A DNA stretch of 64,000 nt from positions 15,066,001 to 15,130,000 of the forward strand of contig CM022679.1 in NCBI GenBank assembly GCA_012295275.1, given 5' to 3'. Origin of the DNA: Chrysomallon squamiferum. Taxonomy: Eukaryota > Animalia > Mollusca. The notes beneath the pieces were generated by a model. That model was not told where the DNA came from and ran no database searches. It worked only from the letters and a program-made list of their open reading frames with translations. Shown here piece after piece: positions 28,201-40,676 of this stretch. The position numbers were made by a program, and so were the translations under genes. Positions within the stretch are counted from its first letter, which is position 1; every line of letters begins with the position of its first letter.

Positions 28201-30263
28201 TATAGTATTATGCAATATTTGTAGCCAGAAGAGGAGCAGCAGCTATAGTAGTTGTAGTAGTAGTAGGATCAATAGTACTTGAAATCGTGGTAGTGTAATA
28301 ATCATTATTACAGAATCACTAGTAACTGTTGTAGATGTATTAGTCAACATGGTAAGAGTAACAGTAAAGGAAAGAATAATATAGAGAGTAGCCATGATTT
28401 TGTAATAGTAATTAATTTGATTAATGAAAATTTCTGTGTAAAAGTGTAAATTAATAGCATATGTAAAGAAAAGAAACATTTGTTTAATGAGAACATAATG
28501 CAGTGTTTTGTTCACTGAGAGTGAATTTAATAAATTGAGGACTAAATGAAACATGCAGAGTGAATGTCTCAGTTTATTCAGATAATTATATTTTTCTTTA
28601 TTTACAAAAGGCATAAGAAAACAAAGTTTCTAAGAATCTAATAACTGTATTTTCACTTTTTGTATCTGCTTCATTACACAGCCTGAAGGAAAAGTAGAAA
28701 TAGAAAATTAACATTAATATATATTAAAGAAACTGTTAAACATAAAGTTGAAGGATAGTATCTTCACTTTTTATATTATTGCACAATTTTAATTGTATTT
28801 TCAATAATCTGTACATATTTCATTCAGGGCTGCCATATCTGACTTGGGCAAGGTAAGAACCTGCAGTAAGGAAAAACTTCGTGCCCTGGGAGCAAAATCA
28901 GTTCGTATTTTCGGTGCACCTGTTTCTGGCTGGTCAGCTGCTCTTGTTGCAGACTTAGGATCAATTATTGGTATGTATACTGGGTGCATCTAGCGTTTCT
29001 GAAAAGGACGGTATGACATTATTTAATGGATATAACTTTTAGGATGAAATAACTCTCCTTACATATAATAATAAAAAAGTTAACAAGTTATGAAGAAAAA
29101 AATCATTGATTATAAAGGTCTGGGATACTGGTTATAGAAGGGTATGTGTATGGATCTCAGTGTTTTAGATGTGACCATCATTACTGTCCGGCTTGTCAGT
29201 ATATTGTTTGTCTCCCATGATATTTACAGACTGTTTATTTTGCAGGAGGTCTTGACAAAACACAGATCAATCAGCTGTCAGCCAATCACATTGCAGAGAT
29301 CAGAACTGAAGTCATTCCATACATTCCAAAAGAAACACTGAAGGTAATCTAAGCATGTTGAATCCTTCTGCAGATTTTATTTATCTAATTATTTATAGCA
29401 AGTAGTAAATTAATAATAATAGTAATAATAATGATAATCTTGATAATCATAGTAATAATAGAATATATTATCTTTTTTTTTTTACAATAATGATTAAACA
29501 GATACTCAAATACATTATAGTATTTTTTCTGAATTTCAACACATGAAAAATTATTCCAGTATTTTTCTGTAAAAAAAGAAACAGTCATAGTTAATATTTT
29601 GAAATATTTTAACATTTTAAAGAGAGATTCCTGGCTTAACTTGTTAAAAACAAAATATTACAATTTCTTCTTTATAACAAAAACAACAGTATAATTTTAT
29701 CTTAATATTAACACATCACGACACATTTTTCTTCATTTTCTTTATTATGTTACAGGATTTTAGTGCAGAACAGTTGAAATTCTTCAGTAAAAACCAGGCT
29801 AACTCAGTCACACAAGTTCAGTACAACTTTCTGGAACCAGAACAGAGAGTTACTCTTAATGAGAAGGCTACCCTGCCTTTTGGAAACAACACAAGTAAGT
29901 ATTTATTGTCTTTCTTTGTACAATTTGTGTATTTCCATCTGAAACATGGTAATAGACAGCAAATAACAGCAAAATGAAAGATCAAGTGAATATTTTAATT
30001 ATGTAGGGTTTCTAACCTAAAATATTGGAGGCAACAGTGGTTTCAAGTTTTTTGCAGTGAGAAGAATTTGGTAGAATTTGTTGTTGTCATTGTTATTTGG
30101 GTTTGGGGAGTACCTTAATTGATTAGTAGAGGTACAGATTTAACATTAACAGTAATGTGTGTATCTGCATTTATTTGTTGTATACATTTATGTATGTATA
30201 TCTGTATTTGCTTGTATGTTATTTCATGTGTGTAAATATGTATGTATAAGTCTACTATATATG

Positions 30264-30305
<42 letters not shown>

Positions 30306-30874
30306 CTGCTTAATCCTGCAGTACAAGTTTTAGAGATCATAAGAAAATTCAAAAATCAAACATTCATTTATTAGTAGTATTGTTTTGGTTGATTTTGATT
30401 TTTAGTAAAAAAAAAAAATTCTATGAAAATAAGTAATAAAAATAAGTAATTTTTGTATGAAAGTTTAAAATAATATATTCAGGATTTCCCAACATTCATA
30501 TTAATAATCAAACTTCACACGTTAAAATGACGAAGGACACAATTAACTAATTTCATGGTTTTTATGAGTTATTAAGGACAAAGCACTATTTAATATTACC
30601 CTGGATATTGAAATCTCATTGGTACTTGATGATTATAGCTAGTATCAGCTTCTAGTCTGTTTTCATAATATTAAGTACAACAGATCTGTTTTATTTCAAC
30701 AAAAACTTGTAGCATTTTACAAAAAATGTAAATGAATTTCATTTCTAGTTCAACAGTCAGGACAATGGCCTAATTTCAGCTTTATTTTCATTTTCAGGTA
30801 TTTCCAGTCATGTCCAACATCTCAGCTTGACATCACTTCTGTTAACTGTTTTGTTTTGTGTGGCATTCAGCTGA
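10891..30874 (+). CDS. Complete stereocilin/otoancorin/mesothelin-superfamily GPI-anchored surface protein (paralog B), 25 exons, 1219 aa
   Basis: join(10891-10960,15690-15911,16667-16827,17125-17325,18009-18172,19006-19189,19618-19739,19897-20002,20481-20672,20852-20887,21194-21358,21907-22062,22826-23023,23337-23446,23678-23843,24460-24644,25067-25154,25521-25719,26285-26460,26997-27152,28020-28165,28828-28970,29246-29343,29756-29894,30798-30874) = 3660 nt. All introns are GT-AG, phases are consistent and there is no internal stop. Signal peptide: [28 protein letters not shown]. The C-terminal module [33 protein letters not shown]...[70 protein letters not shown] resembles the stereocilin/otoancorin C-terminus as I recall it. 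GPI tail: [25 protein letters not shown]. Orthology to OTOA versus STRC cannot be resolved by eye. Confidence 0.9.
13533..13632 (-). mobile_element. Degenerate 3' fragment of the tRNA-derived SINE seen at 58.7-59.2 kb
   Basis: 'cagttatatgacg..tagttaagtaccattcagataatgagagaggaaagccacagccgctacttcgtgagttact' is the reverse complement of the SINE 3' part (compare 'ccatgaagaagcagcagc...tataactg' at 59041-59137). Confidence 0.5.
13931..13982. repeat. (CT)n microsatellite
   Basis: Uninterrupted run in intron 1 of paralog B; a (GA)n run lies at 15584-15649 in the same intron. Confidence 0.95.
14390..14403. promoter_or_regulatory. RFX X-box GTCGCCATGGTAAC in intron 1 of paralog B
   Basis: Exact fit to the X-box consensus GTNRCC-N(0-3)-RGYAAC, including the typical AT spacer. 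It sits in a short GC/CpG-richer patch with weaker X-box-like neighbours (atatccttggcagc just upstream, attgccatggat at ~14466). Confidence 0.6.
15218..15343. mobile_element. Possible short degenerate MITE of the CAGGGGCGGATCC-ended type
   Basis: Inverted ends cagggacggatcct ... aggatccgcgt. Similar degenerate pairs occur at ~5488-5788 and 37894-38064. Confidence 0.35.
17705..17828 (-). mobile_element. RTE-clade LINE 3' fragment
   Basis: The minus strand reads [22 protein letters not shown] / [10 protein letters not shown], matching the RTE ORF C-terminal 'WRRTV..DM....W......A.DR..WR....AL' motif, with a frameshift. Confidence 0.6.
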
Positions 30875-31304
30875 ATTGTTCAGTGATGATCAAAATTCTT
30901 TTTATGATTTTAAGTTTTATGTTTTTTATTATTGAAAAAACAGATAGATATATACACATAACCACAAATGTATGTACACATACATATATATACAAATATG
31001 CCCATACACACAAATTCATTCAGATACACATATATATGTGTAAATTAAAACTCTCAAACAAATCATTTACAATAACTGCAAATTTTCTTTTTACTTCTGT
31101 TGTGATGACAATAACCACATATCTATGTTGATGTAATCCTTTTTTATTGTTTCATTAACTTTTAAATTAACCTAAATGGATTAATTAGTTACCTCATGCT
31201 GTAGTAACATGTATTAGAAGTAACTGATATACCCGCCATACACTGAAAACATGTCCCAAAACACAGAGATCTATTTATTTCTCTACATCTTCAGCTTCAC
31301 TTAA

Positions 31305-31344
<40 letters not shown>

Positions 31345-32609
31345 TTGTTTATCACTAACAGAAAAACAAATTATGTTTGTATTGTTGTGAATGATTGTTT
31401 TCCAAAAAGATAAATGGCAAAACATGATCACAGACTTTTTATAAACTGTATGCGTGCATGTGTGTGTTTCTGTGTGTGTTCGTATTTATTTCTTTAAATT
31501 TGTATACATATATCCATTCAAAGTTTTTACTCTGTTAGTAATTTTTTAGAATGGATTTCATTTTTACAAACCATAAATATGTTAGTAAATTTAAAATAAA
31601 TATAATTTCCTAAAAATATTTGGACAAAATAATAACAAAATGAGACAGCATGGCTAAAAATCAACCACATCCACATGTAAAGTTCTCAGAAATATATACT
31701 GACATAATTTTAAAGTTTTTTGTATGTACAGTTCAAACAAAGTCAAGGACAGCTCAGTTGCTTAGTTGCAGTTTGTCTAACAATGTAAAGAGTATATATC
31801 CAAAACAAATTTGAGTAAAGGAATTTTAAACACAAAGCAAATTTATTTTATTATTGTTATTATTATTTTTTTAAATCAGTTTGTAATTGGGGATGAGAGT
31901 GTGAATCAGATTTAATTTTCTGAATTTCACAAAAGCTCATCACATCACTAAGTTAAGATACAGCTGAAAGTTTAATAATATGCAAACCCAACATTCTCAA
32001 AAATTACCAACTTGTAATTGGGAACAAAACTTTTGAAAAGAAAGTTTGTTCTTGAGTGAAGAACCAGAATTTCCTTGCCTACACTGATGAAATATTTTTG
32101 TGTCAAATGATTGTAACTTCTGTGATATTCTTAAAGGAAGTAAAAACATTTTTGTATTTCATGTTATTCTGTCATAATTTTAATTTGTATTATAAGAAAA
32201 TTAGAAAAAGATTGTAATGAGATACGTGTGTGTGTGTGGGATATGTAAATATATCTAAAAATAAAAAATAATAAAAAAAATTAACATTATAAATGATACA
32301 TGTAAATTTATTCACATATACACACATTTCACTTATAACCATCACACTTTTTGAATAATCTTCAAACAGCAAGATCAAATCCTGTCAATGTAATTTTCCT
32401 ATTTGCCAGTCAGTCAGCCAGCAGTATTTAACTTCTCTGATAAGTTGTTATCCAAAAAATAATTATCTATAAATAATTTATTTACACTATTCAAAGGTGA
32501 ATTAATTAATTTTCATTTATTTATTATTTTGTATTTATTTTATTATTATTTTTTATTTTTTTATTTAATTAGTAAGTTAGCTAGTTAGTTAGTTATTCTT
32601 TTTGGGGGG

Positions 32610-32968
32610 GTCTGTATTGAATGAGTGACATAAATACCATATCAAAGGAGTGACGTGACAAAGTATAATTAAAATTATATTTAAAAAAAAAAAAAAAGAT
32701 TAAAATTATTAAGATTTTATTTAAAAAACAAGAACCACTGAATTGTAGATATATTTTAAGCTTGTTTACAATTCTTGTTCTCCATCACTGAAATTATCTT
32801 CTTGAACTGAAATGCAGATTGTGCACAATTCCACAAAGGTATTCATCGAAAGGAATGATTCCATGTCTCCTGACAACAGTTGTTGCCTCACCTACCACTA
32901 AGTTGTCACTCCTTTGAAATTTATATCTGTTTTACTCCTTTGTTATGTCACTCCTTTGAATAGAACTG
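32610..32968. mobile_element. MITE-like non-autonomous DNA element with terminal and subterminal inverted repeats
   Basis: The left end gtctgtattgaatgagtgacataa plus tcaaaggagtgac matches the right end gtcactcctttgaaa / actcctttg / ttatgtcactcctttgaatagaactg (reverse complement cagttctattcaaaggagtgacataa). There is no ORF, and no TSD was identified. Confidence 0.65.
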
Positions 32969-35900
32969 CTTTTTTTAAATTACATATATATATATAAATA
33001 TGTATATATGTGTATGTGTGTATGTCTAAATATGTATGTATGGATGTACATTTATTTTATTTTAATTCATTTATTTTATTTAATCTTCTTTATTTAATTT
33101 CACTCATTTTGGGAATCTCATTCCTCATACTGACCGTTTTGTTTTTTTGTTTTTTTATCTACAGTTTGATTTATTCTATGTTGGTTCATTCAGTTATTTA
33201 TTTATTTGTTTTGTTTATTTGATTATTATTGCTATTTATTTCTTTATTTTTTAATTATCAATAATTAATTTTAATTTAGCTAATTTTATTTAATTAATTA
33301 ATTTTTTATTTATTTAATAATATGATCATTATTTGGAATCTGAGTTAATTAATTTTACATCATTCATTTATTATCAATTTAATGTATTTTTATTTATTTT
33401 TTTATTCATATATTTTATTTACCTTTCTTTTTTGTTTTATTTATTTTACTTATTTTTATTACTTATTTTCATAGAAAAAAAAAAACACTTTTAAATAAAT
33501 TTAAAAAAATACAGAAGACAACCTCCACTTTATTTCACGTTCTAGCAGGTATATTGTTCCATTAATATAATCTGGACGTAAAACGTAATAAATAATTACA
33601 GTGGTTACCTTTCTTTTGTTTCACTAAATAAATATTGCCTTTTGAAATAAACAAAATGAAAATATTACTTTAATAACATGGAAGTATAATATATGCTTCA
33701 TATGTAAGGAATCGGACACAGAATTAGAATATGATAAAAATATACATACAAAAACAACAAAACATTAAAATTAGTATTAAATTAATACTATAAAATAAAT
33801 AAATCAAATTCCAAAATAATAATAATAAATAAATAAATAAATAAATAAATAAAAAACTTTAATGAGAAATAAAGTATAAAAAGCTATTTGATTTTCGGTT
33901 GGCAATGTGTATTTATAGAAACAAGAAAGGTAATTCTTCTAAATGTTAGTTTCATTTTACGTTATGCGATTTTTATCTAATTTTAATAAATAAATAATAC
34001 ATAAAAATTAAAAATCACTTGACTTTATGCGATTTTTAACTAATTCTAATAATAAATAAATAATATATACATACATACATATATACAATAAAATAAAAAA
34101 TCGATCGACTTTATTTCACGTTAACGTTTCAGAAAGCGTAACACCTATTAAAATATTTCTGTAGTTTTACGTTAGACATTAGGATTAATTTTAATCTATA
34201 ATTAAAATTTCTTTAACTATGTTTTATTTACAAATAAGGATAAAAAAGAAAAAATGAAAAAGAAAAAAATGTGGGCGAATTTATTTCACTAATTGGCTGG
34301 TTAGGTATTTTTACTTTTTAATATGTTTTTAGTTTGTATTTATTTGTTTAAGGTGGCGTAGACTGTCTATGGTAACGAAAGCGTAACTATTTTGAATATT
34401 TGTGTGTTTACATCACATTGGTTAGATCAAGACAACTGAAAATAGATGTATGGCTGTTATATGTTAATATAATAGCTGTGCTAGTGTGTGCTTTCTAAAT
34501 TCTCGTTTTACTCATAATATAAACGTAAGCAGAATAATTATTCATATTTTGTAATCTTCATTGTTTAGTTATTTTAAAATCATTAAAAAATGGCATTAAA
34601 AGTTTCCTGTAGATTTTAAATTTTATTTTAAAAATGCACTAAGTTATAGATTGTGCCGTTTTAACGTCGTTTTTTAATCGGTGTAAAGAAAGTTTTGACA
34701 TTACACCGACCAAAATATAGATATAGAATATCGAATCATATAAAAATACACAGGTATGTATGTCATAGAGTAATATGAAAGTATTGACGTTTAAAACGAA
34801 AATATTTCTATTTTTTTAATAGGTGTGTTTACATTGACATCCGCACTCGCTTGGGTACATAAACACCTCGAAAGAAGTAACGTCAATTTCGAGAAGCCGG
34901 AATGGAGCCTTTTGTACCCTCCATACGCAAAAATTTTACTAGTTTTGGAATGTGGAGGTTTTTTGAATATTTGAACGGGAAACTCAAATTTGGCAGGACA
35001 GACAGCCGTTTATTATTCTTCACCTTTACCCTAACCCTCCTTGAACATCTGGTCTGTACCTTGAACGCAGCGACAGTGAGTCACCTAGTGAGTGATGACA
35101 CCCCCACCTAAAGAGTGGATAATACGGAACTTGTTACTTGAAAAACGAGTTCTGGGGGACTGTTCACAAAACATAACATAAAACAAAACAATAAACTCAG
35201 TCCATCCAAATAATGTGATCCATCCATATGTAATGTTCATATATAACATGTCAAAGATAAATGTTTTCCATTCATAATGTTACTAACACTGCAAAAACAA
35301 TAAATGTAAATTTTAAATGAAAATATGAATTTGTAAATATATATGTAACACACACAGAAACAAAAAATAGGCTTATATAAACACCCTACAAACCCATAAG
35401 ACATACAGACAAATAACAATACACACACATACACACTCCCATAGATAGGGACAAACATAGATGACTTTCTTTTTAACATGTTCTCCCTTTCTTCATTACT
35501 GTCAATACTCTCTTTCTTTCTATAATAACTAACTAAAAAGATAAATAAATAATATAAAATGAAATAACTCAATTTTCAGATAAATAAATGATTGAATAAA
35601 TAAATTAAACTTCTGGAATGTCTAGACTAACATTTTTTATCACAAGAATTTTTTTTTTTTTTTTAAATCACCACGAAATATCAAAGAAGACTGAGGCTTT
35701 GTAAACAACATGTATAACTGCGATGAAGTCCATAAATTGACATGAACATATTATGATATTAACAGTTAGATACCAATTACAAAAACATCTTTATATTTAT
35801 TTTGCTCATTTTAATGCTATTTAAGCTTCTCTGTTAATTTATTCATTTCTTTATTTATTTGTTCATTTTTTTTTAAAGTGTTTCCTTTCGAAAGATGCAT

Positions 35901-36065
35901 ATATTATACTATCATAATAATGCAGTTATATATATATTTTTTTCTAATAAGCAAAGTTTATTTATAGAAACTGGAAAGGGTAACTCTTACGATTAATTGT
36001 CCTACTTTTGTCAAGTTGATTTTTAACTAAATTTAATTTTAATTTTAAGCAATATAATTTGTTTA

Positions 36066-36161
<96 letters not shown>

Positions 36162-36170
36162 AATAAATAA
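36066..36170. repeat. (AAT)n followed by (AAAT)n microsatellite
   Basis: Direct inspection. Confidence 0.95.
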
Positions 36171-39100
36171 ATTTAAAAATGTGGTCGACTTTATTTCAGT
36201 TTTATTTATTTCTAGCGGCAGTTTATTTATAGAAACAGGAAAATTAACTCTTGTAAAGATTTGTTCAATTTTAGTTAACTGATTTTTAATTAATTTTAAT
36301 ACAGCATTATAATTTCTTTACAAAACAAAGGTTCAAACAGCTATGTTATTTATTAATTTTTAGTTTGTTATTTTGTTCAACTATTATTTGTTTATAGAAA
36401 TGGAAGAGGTTGTCAACATAAAATCCAAATAAGGAAATCCCAATGAATGGAAAAATAAATAAAAATAAATATTAATAATAATAATAAAAAAAACTAAAAT
36501 AAATTAAAATTAATTAAAATTAAAAATAAATAAAATAAAATAAACAGATACTAAAATTAATAAAATAAATAAAATTAGTAAATATATACATCAATACATA
36601 AATAAATACTAAACAAATGAATGAAAAATAAGCTTTAAGTTTATAAATAAACAGTTTTGTAACAAACCAAAAAATGAAAAATAAACTAAAATAATCATTA
36701 AAGAAAGAAACAAATTAAATTAGCACATATTGAAATTAATAATAAATAAATAATAATATAAAATAAATAGTTCAAGTTACAGCAATAATATTTGATTCAT
36801 TAATGTTAAATTTTGTAATGTCTGAAGATATTATTAGATAGGCTTTCAAAATAACTTGTGAGTGGTAAACCATTAAACCTGGCTTTTCATAATCACACAC
36901 ACACTTACACAGACACATACACTGACACACACAGACACAAACACACAGACACAAACACACACACACATACACACACACAGACACACGGAGATAAAGACAG
37001 AGCTTCAACTGAATTTATTATATTAAGGATTGTTAACTGATAAGATATAAAATGACATAGGATTATTTTCTCATGCAAAATCATTGATATATAATTATTG
37101 TTATTCTATAACTGATTTATTAAAATCAATAAAACTGAAGAATTTTGTTTTTAATACTTTAAGTAAAATGTTTTGAAGATTTGTATTTTAAATGTATTCT
37201 AAACACAAAAACACACACATACACACATACATACATATACACATGCACACACACAAACAAACGTGCAACCCCCATTTCTTTCATATCTCACTTTCTCTCT
37301 CTCTCTCTCTCTCTCACTCTCTCCAGTCACACTTACAAAGTGCTGGAGTTATTTCTGGAAATCAATTGTGACGTGAATATGACTGTGTGTTTAAATATAT
37401 GGTTATTGAAGTAACAGATGTTATGAATATAAAGGATAACTGAATACATAAAAAAGAGAATGCAATTGTGCCACGTGCTTTTCTCTGTGAAAGCAGAAAG
37501 GTATACATAATTCTTTACTTAAACTAAACTTAAATAAAGTCTTCATGAAGCACACAATACTTTCTTTATGTTACAAAGCTGCCAAGGACTTTGCTGCACT
37601 GGAACACATATGTGTGTGTTTCTTATATGTGTTTGTCTATATGCAGATGCTTTCATTATATGATTTACTGTTATAATACAAAAATCTACAATACAAATAT
37701 TTGCCTGTTAAAGTAGATTTAAGAACAAATAATTTCTTACAAACTGAACTTGATTCTCTATATTTATTTTTATTTTATGATAAATGCATGTTAAAACAAT
37801 TAATTTTTTTATATATTTATTTATTTATCACCATTTTGGATTATTCACTGTAAAATGATATTAATTTTTTTTTTAAATCAAATGTATCATTATCAGGAGT
37901 GGATGTAACAATTTACAAAAGGGGTGATAAGCATGATCATTTTGATGAATGTTACACGTTATAGATGAAATAAGCTTTTGTTATGTGCAGGCAAAATAAC
38001 CCCCCACCACATTAAGGGGGCAATAAGGACAGATAGGGTTTGCATCATCTGGATCCAATCACTGTTATTGCAATTATGGAATTAAATATGTATTAAATAA
38101 AAGTTGGAAGAAACATTATTAAAATACAGCCATTAATACAGTCCAGGTAAAGGCATAGAAACATTAATAAGAGACTACACTCTTGGAAGAAAGCAATCAA
38201 TAACAGTATTGAACATTTTCATCAGAACTTAATAAACCCATACACTAAGAAACATCTGTGATGAATAGAAAAAGTAATAATAACAATAAAAAAAATTACT
38301 GCAAGCTTTATTATGATATTTAATTAACAAAGACCACCCATTCCATCATCTAGTTCCACCTCTGGTTGGTCACGTGTCTAGATATAACCTTGATAATGTA
38401 ATAAAATATTACTTCTAGAACTATACTTTGTAAATGAGATGTTAATTAATTCAGAACAAATGTGCATGTTATGTTTCGTGGCGTATCACAGATAGGCTGT
38501 GTGATAAATTATACTACTGTGTTCAAATGATGTGTGAAATATTACGATATTTCTGTCTCTTTCTGTCAAACACCCTCACAGAAAAACAAAAATGGAGAGA
38601 AAAAGACAGATAGAGAAAGACCCAGAAAGAGAGAGACAGAAATGGAAATAGAAATTTAGAGAGAGAGAGAAAGAAATAGAAAGACATTTAGACACAGAGT
38701 GTCAGAGAAAAATAACACACAAATTTTGTTATGTACAGGCACAAATTTTATTAACACGTGAAATTAGTGTAGAATCTATCTATCACTCCAGTGATCTTGC
38801 AACAGTTGGTTTCTTCCATTCCGTCACATTTATCTGTTAACACAGAACGAAACAGCTGGCTAACTGATTTCTTTATCTCAGTCAAGATAAAACATTTTAT
38901 CTTTGATTCAAACATTCATGCTGTCCTGACGAGCCAGTGTGTTCCGTGGCAACTTGGTGACGTGTTTCATTCTGCTCTCACTCAAACAAGTTAGACTGAG
39001 TTCACTTATATTCCATCACAGCAGCCCATCGCAGGTGGTGGCCAATTTTGATAATAAAATAATTTTCATAGCTTTAACGACAACCCACTCTTTAGTGTTT

Positions 39101-39342
39101 AAAGTCCAAGGTTGCAGCATGACTTAATGTTTTTCCCATAAAACTGGTCATGTTTTTCAGAATGTATGTGTGTTATGTTTGCATCTGTTAAATAAAGTAA
39201 GTAATTCCTATATGATCAAGATCAGTTTTCTCTCTCGCTTTCTCTATGACCCTATTTTGTTTTCACACTCCTTCTGTCATTCATCATGTTCTGTCTCTCT
39301 TCTTTCACTCCATCTTGTCTTTTGCTTCCACTTGTTTTTCTA

Positions 39343-39345
<3 letters not shown>

Positions 39346-39422
<77 letters not shown>
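39346..39422. repeat. (CT)n microsatellite
   Basis: Direct inspection. Confidence 0.95.
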
Positions 39423-39430
<8 letters not shown>

Positions 39431-40356
39431 CATAAGTATACATTATAACTTCTAACAAGTCTAAACTTAAAGATGGTTTACTTTTCATACAAAACGTGTT
39501 ATGTGTCTCCCTTCCCGTCTGTCGCAGCTGTCTGCTCCACTCCACGAAGGGGATTTTGTGTCGTGTCACAGTTTGCAAATCAATAAAGTCTAACTCCACA
39601 TCAGTTTTGTACATATACTCAATAATAAAAGTTTGATTATGACTAAACTGAGGTTATGATGATCCATAAAAGTAGTTTTGTTTATGTTAATAGCATATAT
39701 AATGTATGTGTATGTAGGTATTTATATACATGTGTATGAGTGTGTACATGTGTGTGTATATATTTATACATGTACATACACACACACACACACACACATA
39801 TATGCACATACCCATTTCATACATACATATATATATATGTTACATACATACATATTCATGCACATAGACACACACACACATAAAAACACATGCAGACATA
39901 TATACACATGTCAGGGCAACAACCTGACTAATGACAATTTTGCTAGGTGGGAGTGATGTAACAGACAATGTAGGTACAGGTAAAATAATTTTAATGGCAT
40001 CTGTACATTATAAATAATATTTAATATTATTTTAAATGAAGAGAACGTAAAGAGTTGTAAAGTGAATGACAATTCAGCATACCATGGCAGGCTTATCTGT
40101 TTAGGAACATTAATTATGTAGATCTATATGTATAATCCTAATATGAATCTGTGATGGTAAAACTCATTTGGACATGGACTGTGGGCATAATACACAAATA
40201 TCATGCTCCAGCTTTAATAAACAATATATTTGGGTTACTGGCTGGAATGGGAAATATGAACTGATGAGAACTGAACTTGATTTCCATCACCCTTGAGACA
40301 AGTGCTATAACCAAAGTCACATTTTCCACCCTGCTTTTCAATACTGGGGACTGCTT

Positions 40357-40386
40357 TATGTATATATGTATATGTATGTATGTATT

Positions 40387-40441
<55 letters not shown>

Positions 40442-40676
40442 GTATATGTGTGTGTATATATATATACATATATATGTATATATACATACATATATATGTG
40501 TGTATATGTATATATATGTATATATATGTATGTATGTATATGTATATATGTATATATATATATATGTATGTATGTATGTATATATATATATATATATATA
40601 TAATAAATACATATATACATACATACATATATATATATATACATATACACATACATACATACATATGTATATATAT
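40357..40676. repeat. Compound (TG)/(TA)/(TATG)/(CATA) microsatellite
   Basis: About 320 bp of alternating purine-pyrimidine sequence; the source of six spurious ORFs in the track. Confidence 0.95.

Noticed and set aside
34902-35111. 69-aa ORF MEPFVPSIRKNF...
   Set aside because: No recognisable motif; its length is compatible with chance in a GC-richer island.
34895-35168. RNase MRP-like motifs on the minus strand (AACAGTCCCC ... AGGCTCCATT) and a C-box GTGATGA on the plus strand
   Set aside because: P4 pairing is incomplete and there is no structured P1-P3 region; no D box (CTGA) follows the C box.
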